DNA of 32,658 bases from Pseudomonadota bacterium (GTDB lineage: Bacteria > Myxococcota > JACRCW01 > JAFGSX01): NCBI GenBank assembly GCA_043821645.1, contig JBDRCO010000126.1, positions 1 through 32,658 on the forward strand. Reading direction: 5' to 3'. Below the pieces are notes generated by a model that ran no database searches, was not told the origin of the DNA, and was given only the letters and a program-made list of their open reading frames with translations. Both the position numbers and the translations under genes were made by a program. Within the stretch, counting starts at the first letter, position 1, and each line of letters begins with the position of its first letter. This document shows, piece after piece, positions 8,829 to 18,906 of the stretch.

Positions 8829-10187
8829 TCAGCTCGTCGCTCGGTTTGTACTGGTGAGGGCGGGCCCGACCGCCACCGTGGCGAGGGCGAAAGGGGGGGG
8901 AGGTTCCGCGGCGCTCTCCTTTTCGTCCTCCTCCCGCCTCAACACTAGACGCTGCACGATCCAGAGCAGGGGAGGCACGGCCAGGGCCAGGGTCATGGCG
9001 ATCCATCCCACGCGATCCATGCCGCCCAGGACGCCAGCGTCGAGTTCGACCAGGATGCGCGCGGAGAGGAAGGCGCCACCCGCAGCCGCGGCGTGTTGCA
9101 CTGCTGAGGCCAGGGACATGAAGCGCGCACGCTCGTGCGACAGCGGCACACGAGAAGACAGGGTGTTGTAGGCCACTGCGCGAAAGGCCGTCGCTGTCAT
9201 CAGCCCGATGAAGATGACGTAGGCCGACAGGCCCGCGGGGACGTTCACGAAGCCGATGTAGATCACGCCGACGGTGAGAACGGTCGACACCGAACCCACC
9301 AGGAAGGCGCCCACCCTGTCGACAGCAGGGCCCGACAAGCGCATGGCCAGGTAGTTGACGATGCCGCCTGCCAGATACAGCAGGCCCAGGCGCTCGCGGG
9401 GAAAGCCCAGGTTGCCCTGCACGTAGGCGGCGATGTTGGGTACCAGGCTGAACATACTGGTCATGAGCGTGGCGCCCATGATGAGAGAGAACACGACGCT
9501 GCGCCGCCCGAGCAGATCACCGAACACGCTCCACGTCGACACTCTGGCCCTGCCTGTGTTCAGGTGTCCGCGCAGGGGAGGCAGCCACCAGCGCGCGACC
9601 ACCGCTGCCAAGGCCGCGAGGACCGCCACCGCCACGAAGCTGAAGCGCCAGCCGCCCAGCCTGGCCAGCTCGAGTCCAGCTGGCACACCGAGCACCGAGG
9701 CCAGGGAAAAGGAACTCATGACCGTGCCCATGGCGCGGCCACGGCGCGCTGGAGGCACGGCGTCGGCGATGATGGACAGGGACAGCGCGGTGGCTGGTCC
9801 TCCGAACAGGCCGGCCACGATGCGCGCCGCCACGAGGGAGGTCAGACCCTGGGCGAACGCGCCGGACAGGGTGCCAAGGACCAGGCCGACGAGGGAGATG
9901 GCCAGGGCGCTGCGCCGATCAAAGCGATCCAGGAAGAAGGCGCCGGCGATGCCTGCCACGGCGGCCGCAGCAGTGTAGCTGCCGCCGATGAAGCCGAGGT
10001 GGGACAGGGGCACGCCAAGGTCGCGGGAGAAGTCTGGCCCCAAGGGCATGACCATCATGAAGTCGAGGATGTTGACGAATTGCACCGCGGCCACGGTGAG
10101 CACGATGGCACGCTCGGCCCGCGTCAGGCGGCCGCCAGCGGGATCTCCACGCTTCCGGGTCGGGCCACGTTCTTGGGGTGCGTCCAT
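8829..10187 (-). CDS. MFS transporter (drug/metabolite efflux type)
   Basis: About 12 TM segments; QFVNILDFMMVMPLGP; motif A-like GAFFLDRFDRR; ARIVAGLFGG; RRGRAMG; ATG 10187 with GGAG RBS. Confidence 0.92.
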   Translation of the reverse strand: MDAPQERGPTRKRGDPAGGRLTRAERAIVLTVAAVQFVNILDFMMVMPLGPDFSRDLGVPLSHLGFIGGSYTAAAAVAGIAGAFFLDRFDRRSALAISLVGLVLGTLSGAFAQGLTSLVAARIVAGLFGGPATALSLSIIADAVPPARRGRAMGTVMSSFSLASVLGVPAGLELARLGGWRFSFVAVAVLAALAAVVARWWLPPLRGHLNTGRARVSTWSVFGDLLGRRSVVFSLIMGATLMTSMFSLVPNIAAYVQGNLGFPRERLGLLYLAGGIVNYLAMRLSGPAVDRVGAFLVGSVSTVLTVGVIYIGFVNVPAGLSAYVIFIGLMTATAFRAVAYNTLSSRVPLSHERARFMSLASAVQHAAAAGGAFLSARILVELDAGVLGGMDRVGWIAMTLALAVPPLLWIVQRLVLRREEDEKESAAEPPPPFALATVAVGPALTSTNRATS

Positions 10188-10445
10188 GCCTTGGCTCCGG
10201 CGGGCGCCGGAAGTCGCCGCGCCGCTGGCCACTAGATAACTCCTCGCCCGCGGCTGACAACCGCGACGGGCAGACCCCGCGGGGCTGGCGTGGGCCAGCC
10301 GGGTGGCCCGGAGCGCGAAAGGGGAAAGCTGACAGATACCTATCCCAGGCTCCTCACATCACGAGATCTGCAGACGGAGAGCGGGAATCGGCCCAGGTGA
10401 TGAACGCAGGTCGAGACCGCGGGCGCTGTGGTTCTCTGAGGGACT

Positions 10446-11861
10446 TCAAGCGCGACGTCGACGCCTGTGCAGGACGAGCAGCGCCAGCATCGCGACGGCG
10501 GACCCTCTCCCCTGGGTGCCCTGACAGGCACAGCCCTCCTCATCGGGAGGGAGACCCGCGTAGTCGGCCGTGTCCGGGATGGGCACGTCCCGGGCGCCTC
10601 CGTCGGTGCCGCTCCTGTCCGTACCGCCCGCGTCACCGGGCGTCCAGCCATCCGGTGCAACGGGGATGTCTGGTGTGACCCCGCCGTCCTGGCGCGGAGC
10701 CGCGGTGGCGCACCGCAACGTGTTCTCGTCGCCACGGCAGGCCAGGCCCATGCAGTCCATGGGACTCAGGCACGGGGCGTTGTTGGGGTTGGGTCCCGGC
10801 GCCACGCACACACCCGCGCCGTAGTCGAGGTCGATGCAGCGCATCGGGCTCTGGCAGTGGGCGTCGAGCATGCACAGGCGCTGGCAGCGATAGCGGCCAT
10901 CGAAGGCGAACAGGCAGAAGTCGTTGGCGCCACCTCCACAGTCCGCGTCTTCGAGACAGTCGCGACCTGGTACGCAGGTGCCCGTGCCACTGACGTCCTT
11001 GCACAGGTCCCCACCCGGGCAGTCCGAGGCGCCGACGTTGCAGGTCCGCGTGCACACGCCCGGATCTCGACCGTTGCCGGTCCAGGGGTCGCGCAGGCAG
11101 GAGTCACTCTGGCAGTGAGAATCGTTGAGGCACTCGGCGCCATATCCCGCGAGCCCCTGCTGGCAGGTGTTGCTCTGGCAGGTCAGGCGCAGGTGGCTGC
11201 CACCAAAATGCTCGACCAGCAGAGGGCAGTCCTGGTCGTTCTGGCAGCTCAGGCCGCTGGACGCCACCTGGCGCACGCCACGCACATCGTCGTCGGCAAG
11301 CGCCCGCCGGAAGGTCGTGCCACTGCGCGCCCCGGTATACATCACGTGGTGGGCATCGAAGGCGTGCCACAGCCCGAGCAGGTGACCCAGTTCGTGGGTG
11401 ACGACGGAGCGAATGTCGATCCCAGCGGGATTGCCGTCCACGGACCACGGACCGTCGGTGCCGTTGAGCAGAATGTCCACGTCGACAAAGCGACCACCCG
11501 CAACGTGGGGCAAGGTGGTGCCAAGGGCGGTGTCGGCGCCCGCGGGCCAGTTTTGCTCGAGAAAGGTCACCCGGTTGACGCCATCGTCGCCGTAGCTGCG
11601 CGACGACGAGGTGGCGCCCTCGCTCAGTGTGAATCCTGTGGGTAGGGAGGCCTGCCAGGTGGCCAGGGCTGCGCGCATGGCGGCCAGATCGCTGCCGTCC
11701 CCGAGGTCGGCGCTGCCATCTTGCTGCAGCGAGATCTCGACGTTGGTGGCGCTCCAGCGCACCGCGTCCTGGCGGTTGGGGTCCCGAAAAGCCGTGAAAC
11801 CCGAGAACGCCAGGGCGGCACCGATCACGAGGGCTGTCCTGCACGCCACACGCCTTTTCAT
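10446..11861 (-). CDS. Matrixin-family (M10) zinc metalloprotease with Cys-rich repeats and MYXO-CTERM-like sorting tail
   Basis: Signal peptide; DVDILLN; HELGHLLGLWH; Met-turn VMY; repeated CxxDxxC units; D/G-rich linker; GCAC...AVAMLALLVLHRRRRRA C-terminus; ATGA overlap with the upstream gene. Confidence 0.9.
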   Translation of the reverse strand: MKRRVACRTALVIGAALAFSGFTAFRDPNRQDAVRWSATNVEISLQQDGSADLGDGSDLAAMRAALATWQASLPTGFTLSEGATSSSRSYGDDGVNRVTFLEQNWPAGADTALGTTLPHVAGGRFVDVDILLNGTDGPWSVDGNPAGIDIRSVVTHELGHLLGLWHAFDAHHVMYTGARSGTTFRRALADDDVRGVRQVASSGLSCQNDQDCPLLVEHFGGSHLRLTCQSNTCQQGLAGYGAECLNDSHCQSDSCLRDPWTGNGRDPGVCTRTCNVGASDCPGGDLCKDVSGTGTCVPGRDCLEDADCGGGANDFCLFAFDGRYRCQRLCMLDAHCQSPMRCIDLDYGAGVCVAPGPNPNNAPCLSPMDCMGLACRGDENTLRCATAAPRQDGGVTPDIPVAPDGWTPGDAGGTDRSGTDGGARDVPIPDTADYAGLPPDEEGCACQGTQGRGSAVAMLALLVLHRRRRRA

Positions 11862-12418
11862 GGAGCACCCCGCAGCTGGCGGCGCAGCTCGGCCAGCGAC
11901 AGGTGGCGCACCATCGGCGCCTGCAGGGAGCGGCCATCCCATAGCATGGCCGTGGGCGCCCAGCGCAGACGGTCACCGTCGATGACGTGCAGGGCCCCCT
12001 GGCTCATCCCCGTGACATGGTACTCGCCCGGGCGTTCGGGATTGTGGAGCAAGAAGAGCACCGCCTCCTCGTCGACAAAGAGCTCAGCGCTGCCCACCAC
12101 GGGCATGGCGTGGTCCTCGATCTGCCCACCGAGTTGCATCACCTCCAGGCCAGATGCGGCCTCCCCTTGCAGCACCTCGAGCACTTCGACCTGGCTCACG
12201 GTGACGATCACGTTGCGGCGCCACTCGCAGCGCTGATGTCGCACGCGCACGCGCACCACTGCGACGCTGCGTGCTGCAAGTTCCGGGATCGATAAAGCCT
12301 TGAGGGTCGTCGCACTTGCCGGCACGACTTCAAGCAGGAACAGCGCGACAAGGATGCCGACACCGATCCCAAAGTGTCCATGTTTCGCGCGGTTACTCGA
12401 CGGAGTTGATGTGATCAT
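11858..12418 (-). CDS. Secreted hypothetical protein coupled to the matrixin
   Basis: Signal peptide ending PASA; TTLKALSIPELAARSVAVVRVRV...QLGG...EEAVLFL...GMSQG beta-rich domain; its stop overlaps the matrixin ATG. Start uncertain. Confidence 0.8.
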   Translation of the reverse strand: MITSTPSSNRAKHGHFGIGVGILVALFLLEVVPASATTLKALSIPELAARSVAVVRVRVRHQRCEWRRNVIVTVSQVEVLEVLQGEAASGLEVMQLGGQIEDHAMPVVGSAELFVDEEAVLFLLHNPERPGEYHVTGMSQGALHVIDGDRLRWAPTAMLWDGRSLQAPMVRHLSLAELRRQLRGAP

Positions 12419-12488
12419 GTCTTGACCTCGACCCGCCCCGCATCGAGAAAAAAGTTTGTAAGTATTGCGCAAGGTTCTGATCGTGGCC

Positions 12489-12517
12489 TTGACACCGATC
12501 GCCACCCTCTCTAGCTT
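12489..12517 (+). promoter_or_regulatory. Sigma70-type promoter for the HEAT-repeat/pseudokinase genes
   Basis: TTGACA (12489-12494), exactly 17 nt, then TAGCTT (12512-12517), in a lower-GC intergenic region. Confidence 0.6.
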
Positions 12518-12581
12518 CGGTTTCCGTTTTTCGACGACACCTGAATTCTATTGCCAAATGGCGCCCGCGTTGGGGAGGCTC

Positions 12582-13349
12582 GTGGCGACGATCATCGCTT
12601 TTCCTGAGCTGGCGGTCCAGGACGCGTTCGACCTGGAGCTCGCCTTCCTGGATGGCTGCCTGCCTGTCAGCCACGCGACCCGTCGTGAGGTCGTCGATGG
12701 TGCACTGGCCCAGGCCTTCGACGCCGACCTGCCTATCGATCAGCGCCTCGACCTGGCCGGATACCTGGCGCTGGCCCATGGATCGCACTTTCTCAACACA
12801 CGCGTGATGCCGCTTCTCGCAGCCGAGGAGGGGGCCGATCGTCAGGTGGCCGCCCTGGCTCTGGGCTACCGAGGCAATCTCTCCGCCGTGTTCGCGCTGG
12901 TGGCCCTGCTCGATGACGAGGATGTCGACGTGCAGCGCACCGCGGTGGTGGCGCTGGCGGGGATTCGAGACCACCGCGTGCTGTCCTTTCTTCTCGGTGT
13001 GCTGGACCGGGATGACGCCCTGGTGACGACGGTTCTGTCGGCCCTGCGGCTGTTTCCCCTGGCCCAGACGGAACCCGTGTATCGACGCTACCTCACGAGC
13101 GATCATGCCGATGTCAGCCTGCTGGCTCTGGGCGCCTACCTGTCCTTGGACGCACCGGACGCGGTGTCTGTGGCCCGGCGCTTTCTCGACCACGGTGATC
13201 GTCGTCATCGCTGCCTGGCCCTGACCATCCTCGAGCACCATGGACAGCGGCGCGAGCTCGAACTCGTATTGCCTCTCCGCCGCGATTCCGATCCCCGGGT
13301 GCGTCACCTCGTCGACGAGCTGATCCCGCGTCTGCGCGACCGCCACTGA
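12582..13349 (+). CDS. HEAT-repeat protein
   Basis: Repeated units such as LVALLDDEDVDVQRTAVVALAGI and LRRDSDPRVRH; GTG 12582 follows GGGGAGG and lies downstream of the promoter (alternative ATG 12558). Confidence 0.8.
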   Translation: MATIIAFPELAVQDAFDLELAFLDGCLPVSHATRREVVDGALAQAFDADLPIDQRLDLAGYLALAHGSHFLNTRVMPLLAAEEGADRQVAALALGYRGNLSAVFALVALLDDEDVDVQRTAVVALAGIRDHRVLSFLLGVLDRDDALVTTVLSALRLFPLAQTEPVYRRYLTSDHADVSLLALGAYLSLDAPDAVSVARRFLDHGDRRHRCLALTILEHHGQRRELELVLPLRRDSDPRVRHLVDELIPRLRDRH

Positions 13350-13418
13350 TCGCCCCCCCCGTCGTCACGACGCTCACTTTTGATTGCCGCGACGTCCTGG
13401 CTGGGGCAGCATGGGCAG

Positions 13419-15851
13419 ATGGGCGGCAAGCATGGCACGAGCGACGAGGTCACCGCCCGGCAGGAGCGCCTGTTCGCAGGTTACCATCTGCTCAATCGCG
13501 TCAGCATCTCGGACCATGCGGAGCTGTATCGCGCCCGGCAACCCTCTCTGGCCGAGGGCAAGCGCTTTCTGGTCAAGCGTTTCCGCAACAAGGATGGCGC
13601 GTTCAGCCAGGCCCTGTCACGCCGCTGCAGCAAGCTGCGTAGCCTGAGCCATCCCTTGATCCCTGCCGTTCTGGACCACGGGAATGCCCATGGTTACCCC
13701 TACATGGCGCGTCGCTACGTGCGCGGCATCTCCCTGAACAGGGTCGTACGCCAGCTGGCGCAGCGCGGTCTCGCGTTGCCCCTGGAGCAACTGATGACCG
13801 TGGTGGTGCGGGTGCTGGACGCGGTCGAGGTGGCGCATGTGGCGTCCACGGCGGACGGCATCACCACCTTGACCCACGGTGACCTGTCTCCCTCCCATAT
13901 CCTCCTTCGACTGGATGGCACACCGCTGGTGATTGGCTTCGAGTCCCCGCGCGGCGAAGAACCCCATGTGCCGGCCCGTCCTCAACTCGACATCTCCGTG
14001 CCCTCCGCGATCCTGTACAGCCACCTGCGCACCACCCACCTGGTGGCGACACAGGAAGATGACACCGTGTCGGAGCGGCGGCGGCGCCTGATCGACAGCG
14101 TGCAGCCCATCGTCCGCCGCGGCCTGGGTCTGGATCCCAAGCGCGCCTTTCGCAGCCCGCGCGATCTGGCCGACGCCTTGCGCGGGTGTCTGGACTACTC
14201 GGGCTTCACCAGCGAGCCCGCCGACCTGGTGCCGACCCTGGAGGCTCTGGTCGACGTCACCCAGTCCGGTGACACGAGCGGTCTGCGGCCCTTGCCCCTG
14301 CAGCAGCGGCGGACCAACAGTGCGCCGCTGTCCCCGGCCATCGACGTCGGGCTGTCGGAAGACGCACCACTAACCCGCTCGCCTCTTGACGAGGTGAGCG
14401 TCCCCCGCCGCCCGGCTGCGCCGGCCCCCGTGGACTTTGGGGAGCCTGTGCCGCAGCCTCCACGGGCGCATCCCTTGCCCGCTTTCGAGTGGATGGACGG
14501 CGACGAGGCTCTCGCCGAGGAAACCGCGCGCGCGATCAGCGAGTCTTTCTCGGACATCCTCGACCCCTTCGATGACGTGTCTGCGGAGTTCGAATTCACG
14601 GACATCTCCAATCCATTCGGCTTCGAGGCGTCGACGGATCAGGCGGCTCTGGCCGCGGCGCGGTCGCAGTCGACTCAGCGCATCGGAAATGTCCTGGCCG
14701 AGCTGGGTTTCGTCAGCTATCGCGATGTGCGCCAGGCACTGGATCGCCAGGGTCGAGGGGTGCGGCTGGGGGAGGCGCTGGTCCGGCAGGGTTCGATCAC
14801 CGAGCTGCAGCTGGTGCAGGCCCTGGGTGTGCTCCACGACCTGCCCGTCCTGTCCGATGCCCAGGTTTCGGAGCTGGTGCCGGATGCCGTGGCGGTTGCT
14901 GCTCTTCCTGCAACCTTCGTGGCCGCGCACCGAATTGTTCCTCTCGCCGTCGACGCAGCGTCGAGTGTTGCCCAGGTCCTCATGGTCGATCCCACGGATC
15001 GCGAGGCCATGGTCGAGGCTCGCGTCCTTCTCGAGGTGCAGTGCCTGCAGTCGAAGCTCGCAACCCGCGATGCCACGGATGCGTTGATTGCTCGCCTGTA
15101 TCCGTCGGGGTTGCGCAGCGAGATCTCCGTGGTCAAGGCCACCGTCCTGCTGGTCGATCCTGACGAGGGACGGCGGCGGGGCTGCGCCAATCACCTGCGC
15201 GGGGAACGCTTCGTGGTCGATGACGTCGCCACCACGGCGCGCGCGCGACGTGTGCTGGACGCGGCGGTGCCCGCAGCGGTGATCGTGTGTGTGCCGGATT
15301 CCGACGACGGTCTGGCCTTGCTCCGCGATTTTCGCGCTCGCGCCAGCGCCGCAGGCGCCTATGCGGCACTGGCTGGCAACCTGGAGCACATCTCCTATGA
15401 CCAGGCGGAGGCCATCGGAGCGGACCTGGTGCCACTGCCGCTGCGGGTCGAGTACGTCTCGGCCAAGATCCGCCGGACCCTCGCTTCCCGCGAGGAGGAA
15501 TCCAGGCCACGCCCGCCCGAGGAGGGTATCCGGGGCCACCTCGCGGACATGAACCTGCTGGAGTTGGTGCAGACCCTGCGTCTGGGTCGCCGGAGCGCGA
15601 CGATCACGATCGATACCCTGCTCGGGCAGGGCGTGGTGGTGATGCGGGACGGGAACATCGTGGACGCGCACTATGCCGGGCTCACAGGAGACAAGGCCTT
15701 CGTCAGCCAGGCCATGGTGAGCGAGGGCTTCTTCGTCGTCATATACCGCATCGCCGAGGACATTCACCGCACCGTCTTCGCCTCGACCGAGAGCCTGCTC
15801 ATCGAGGCGGCGCGGCAGACCTGGTTCCGGGACGACGAACCGGCCAGCTAG
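13419..15851 (+). CDS. Multidomain signalling protein: degenerate Ser/Thr kinase - Pro/acidic linker - MshEN - degenerate receiver - DUF4388
   Basis: FLVKRF, LSHPLIPAVLDHG, HGDLSPSHILL; RIGNVLAELGFV...RLGEALVRQGSIT; VLLVDPD receiver start; GHLADMNLLELVQTL...GNIVDA...ESLLIEA DUF4388 pattern. Start approximate. Confidence 0.82.
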   Translation: MGGKHGTSDEVTARQERLFAGYHLLNRVSISDHAELYRARQPSLAEGKRFLVKRFRNKDGAFSQALSRRCSKLRSLSHPLIPAVLDHGNAHGYPYMARRYVRGISLNRVVRQLAQRGLALPLEQLMTVVVRVLDAVEVAHVASTADGITTLTHGDLSPSHILLRLDGTPLVIGFESPRGEEPHVPARPQLDISVPSAILYSHLRTTHLVATQEDDTVSERRRRLIDSVQPIVRRGLGLDPKRAFRSPRDLADALRGCLDYSGFTSEPADLVPTLEALVDVTQSGDTSGLRPLPLQQRRTNSAPLSPAIDVGLSEDAPLTRSPLDEVSVPRRPAAPAPVDFGEPVPQPPRAHPLPAFEWMDGDEALAEETARAISESFSDILDPFDDVSAEFEFTDISNPFGFEASTDQAALAAARSQSTQRIGNVLAELGFVSYRDVRQALDRQGRGVRLGEALVRQGSITELQLVQALGVLHDLPVLSDAQVSELVPDAVAVAALPATFVAAHRIVPLAVDAASSVAQVLMVDPTDREAMVEARVLLEVQCLQSKLATRDATDALIARLYPSGLRSEISVVKATVLLVDPDEGRRRGCANHLRGERFVVDDVATTARARRVLDAAVPAAVIVCVPDSDDGLALLRDFRARASAAGAYAALAGNLEHISYDQAEAIGADLVPLPLRVEYVSAKIRRTLASREEESRPRPPEEGIRGHLADMNLLELVQTLRLGRRSATITIDTLLGQGVVVMRDGNIVDAHYAGLTGDKAFVSQAMVSEGFFVVIYRIAEDIHRTVFASTESLLIEAARQTWFRDDEPAS

Positions 15852-15932
15852 GCGCGGTCCACCGCGGCAGAAGAGCCGGGAGGTCTCGCGCAATCAGCGG
15901 CGCAGGAGCGGCGGCCGCGTGCAGGTGCCAGC

Positions 15933-17261
15933 ATGGCGGACATCCACATCGCGAACCTCGACGGCGTGCTGCTCCCGGGCGGAAACTGGCTGCGCGACGC
16001 GCACATCATCATCTCTGGAACGCGCTTGCGCTCCATCGACACACGGGCTCCGGAGCCCAGCGAGTCCGCCACAACTCTCGATGGCCGTGGCTGCATTGCC
16101 GTTCCTGGGCTGTACAACGCGCACTGTCATGCTGCCATGACCCTCGTACGAGGCTGGGCCGAGGACCTTCCTTTTGACCGCTGGCTCAACGAGAAAATCT
16201 GGATCGCGGAGTCGGCCTTGACCGAGGAGGATGTGTACTGGGGCGCCGCCCTGGCAGCCTGCGAGATGGTGCGCGCCGGTGTGGTGGGCTTCGCGGATCA
16301 CTATTTCTGGATGAACCAGGTCGCGCGGGTCGTCGAGGAGAGTGGGCTGCGCGCCCTGCTCGCGTGGTGCCACTTTGGACTTGGCCCCGAGAGAGAGGTA
16401 GGCGGCACCTCCCTGGACGACCTCGCGGACTTTGCCCGGCGCTGGCATGGTGCCGCAAACGGCCGCGTGCGCGTCGCCATGGGGCCGCATTCTCCCTACA
16501 TGTGCCCGCCCGCGATGCTGCGCCGCCTGGTGGACCTGGCGCAGGATCTCGGAATCGGCATGCACCTGCATCTTGCCGAGAGTGCTCAGCAGGTGCGGGT
16601 TTCCCTCGACAAGCACGGCCGGAGCCCGGTGGCGCACGTCGAGGCCCAGGGCGTGTTCGATGTACCCTGCCTGGCTGCCCACTGCATTGCCGTGGACGAC
16701 GCCGATGTGGCGATCCTGGCACGACGAGGCGTGTCGGTCGCGCACACACCCAAGACCTACATGAAGCTCGCCATGGGCACGACGCCGGTGATGCGCTTGC
16801 TCGACGCCGGGGTGCGGCTTGCCCTGGGCAGCGACGGACCGGGTTCCAACAGCGACCTCAACCTGCTCGAGATCTTGCGCCTGGTTGGTCTGCAGCAGAA
16901 GCACCTCGCAGGCGATGCCTCCTGCCTGCCGGTGCAGCAGATATTGAACATGGCGAGCGCTGCGGGTGCTGCGGCTCTCGGCTTCGAGGGAGCGGTTGGT
17001 CTGTCCCTGGGCGCGCCTGCTGACCTGGTCCTGGTCGAGACACGCGGCCCTCACTGGTATCCGCGGCACGACCTGCTGGCTGGCCTGGTCTACACCTCGC
17101 ATCCGTCCGACGTTCGGGACGTGATCGTCGATGGCCGCATCCTGATGCGAGACCGCCAGCTGCTGACACTGGACGAGGACAGGATCCGTCACGAGGCCGA
17201 ACGACGCGCCTTTCGCATGGTGGGGACGGACATGGCACGCGTCCGCGAGTACCAGGGGTGA
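15933..17261 (+). CDS. mtaD: Amidohydrolase, 5'-methylthioadenosine/S-adenosylhomocysteine deaminase family
   Basis: PGLYNAHCH, MTLVRGWAEDLPFDRWLNEKIW, PHSPY, HLHLAES, AAHC, LGSDG, ADLVL. Confidence 0.82.
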   Translation: MADIHIANLDGVLLPGGNWLRDAHIIISGTRLRSIDTRAPEPSESATTLDGRGCIAVPGLYNAHCHAAMTLVRGWAEDLPFDRWLNEKIWIAESALTEEDVYWGAALAACEMVRAGVVGFADHYFWMNQVARVVEESGLRALLAWCHFGLGPEREVGGTSLDDLADFARRWHGAANGRVRVAMGPHSPYMCPPAMLRRLVDLAQDLGIGMHLHLAESAQQVRVSLDKHGRSPVAHVEAQGVFDVPCLAAHCIAVDDADVAILARRGVSVAHTPKTYMKLAMGTTPVMRLLDAGVRLALGSDGPGSNSDLNLLEILRLVGLQQKHLAGDASCLPVQQILNMASAAGAAALGFEGAVGLSLGAPADLVLVETRGPHWYPRHDLLAGLVYTSHPSDVRDVIVDGRILMRDRQLLTLDEDRIRHEAERRAFRMVGTDMARVREYQG

Positions 17262-17382
17262 GTCAGACCCATCGCTCCGGGAACACCACCGGCGAGGCCC
17301 GGTCGCCAGCCATCGTCCCGACGTGGCTGCCTTGCCCAAAGCAAGGGGGTGGAGGATAAGGGATGAAGGACAGGGAGTGCGC

Positions 17383-18906
17383 GTGACCAGGATCCGACCT
17401 CGAACCCATCTGCCAGATCCGGGCAGGATCGAGCGCGGCGGGCAGACCGAGCGCACGGACATACCGTCGACCCAGCACGAACCCCCGGCGGACACCGGGT
17501 CCCTCTCCATGGCCCGGGACGAGGACCTGCACAAGCTACTGGCAACCTCGAGCGCTGGGCTGCCCCCGGTGACGGCGGAAAGAATTCCTGGTCGTTCACC
17601 CCTCGCCACCCGCCTGCGCTCAGGAGATTCCCAGCTGTTCCGGGCACAGCAGCTCGTGGCCAAAGCGCTGCGCACCGGCACCCACACCCGCAAGGGCCAG
17701 GGACCCGAGGCCAGCGAACGCGTGCTCTCGCCCGCCCAGCGTGCGCGCATCGAGACGATCCTTGAACAGGCCTCGCCCGAGACGGCCCGCATCCTGATGG
17801 CGGACCTGGCGAACATCGACGGTCCTGCGGCGGACCTCGGGCGCGCTCTCTACCTCAAGGCCGCTGCCGCCCGGAGCCCGGCGCTGCTCGGCGCGGACCT
17901 GGAGGTCCGACAGGCCGCCCTCGCGACCCTCGCGGCCTTTGCGTCGCGCGTGGATGGCATGGCACGAGCTCCGCTGCTCGCCTGCACGTCCGTTCTCGAC
18001 CTGGACAGCCGCCGCTCGACCAGTGTCTTCGATCCCCTGGCCTGGGACGAGAAGAGGGGCGTGGTACACCGCCGTGGCGACGGAGATATCCGCGCAGACA
18101 ACGATGGGTTGTTTCAGCGCTTCATGGGCAGCTGCGGCACCACGACCTTGCAGATGGCACTGTGTGAGGAGGACCCGGTGCGTGCCCTGGTTGTGAACGA
18201 CGCTGGATTGCACGCGGCGGGTGTCGACGACGTGGTGGGGCGCTTCCAGGCCGAGGTGTTGCGGGAGTATGGCTCCGCTGCCCTTGGTCGGCGTGCCAAC
18301 TTCAACCTGGCGCGCCTCCGCAACGCCCTGGCGCGACTGCGACAGCGTGGGGAGTTGACCACTGGTAGCTCGCGCGCCCTTCGTGACCACGTCGAGAGAG
18401 GGGCGCCGCTGGGAGCCCGTGCACAGAGCGCGTTGCAGGCCCTTCGAACCTGGCTCGCGGGATTTCCGACGGACGCCGAGCTCGCCGAGATCCGCGCCGA
18501 TCCTCTCAAGGGCAGCGAGGGTCTCGAGATCGATGCTTTCGACGCCATGCTCGCGCGCTACCTGGGACCGGTCACCGGCTGCGTGTACGACACAGTGAGT
18601 CTGAGTGACGGTCTGGCCAGTGCACTGGGGGAGCAGGCGCTGGATCGTGCCGAGGCGGTCCTGCGCCGGGGCCTCGACGTGCCCTTCGGCATCGACGAGC
18701 CCGGTCACTACATGTTCATGAGCGCCGTGCGACGTCGCGCTGGTGAGCGGGAGTTCCTGATCAGCGATCCCTGGGGAGGGACCAGCAACTGGATCTGCGA
18801 ACGCGATCTGATCTCAGGCCGCTTCATCGAGACCCCCCTGGACCTCGCCTCCAGCGGTGGTGGTGGTGGCGTGGACTGCCTGTCTCTGGCCCGGAATCCG
18901 GCATGA
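17383..18906 (+). CDS. Hypothetical protein with papain/C39-like cysteine-peptidase-fold motifs, 507 aa
   Basis: FQRFMGSCG (Q six residues before C), PGHYMFM, LISDPWGG; GTG 17383 with GGGAG RBS; disordered N-terminus. Confidence 0.7.
   Translation: MTRIRPRTHLPDPGRIERGGQTERTDIPSTQHEPPADTGSLSMARDEDLHKLLATSSAGLPPVTAERIPGRSPLATRLRSGDSQLFRAQQLVAKALRTGTHTRKGQGPEASERVLSPAQRARIETILEQASPETARILMADLANIDGPAADLGRALYLKAAAARSPALLGADLEVRQAALATLAAFASRVDGMARAPLLACTSVLDLDSRRSTSVFDPLAWDEKRGVVHRRGDGDIRADNDGLFQRFMGSCGTTTLQMALCEEDPVRALVVNDAGLHAAGVDDVVGRFQAEVLREYGSAALGRRANFNLARLRNALARLRQRGELTTGSSRALRDHVERGAPLGARAQSALQALRTWLAGFPTDAELAEIRADPLKGSEGLEIDAFDAMLARYLGPVTGCVYDTVSLSDGLASALGEQALDRAEAVLRRGLDVPFGIDEPGHYMFMSAVRRRAGEREFLISDPWGGTSNWICERDLISGRFIETPLDLASSGGGGGVDCLSLARNPA

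Noticed and set aside
10188-10445. Possible structured RNA or small ORF between the matrixin and MFS genes
   Set aside because: Only short GC-rich palindromes expected by chance; no recognisable riboswitch or coding signal.
12465-12581. Longer N-terminus for the HEAT protein given in the ORF track
   Set aside because: It would span the TTGACA-N17-TAGCTT promoter; GTG 12582 has a strong RBS.
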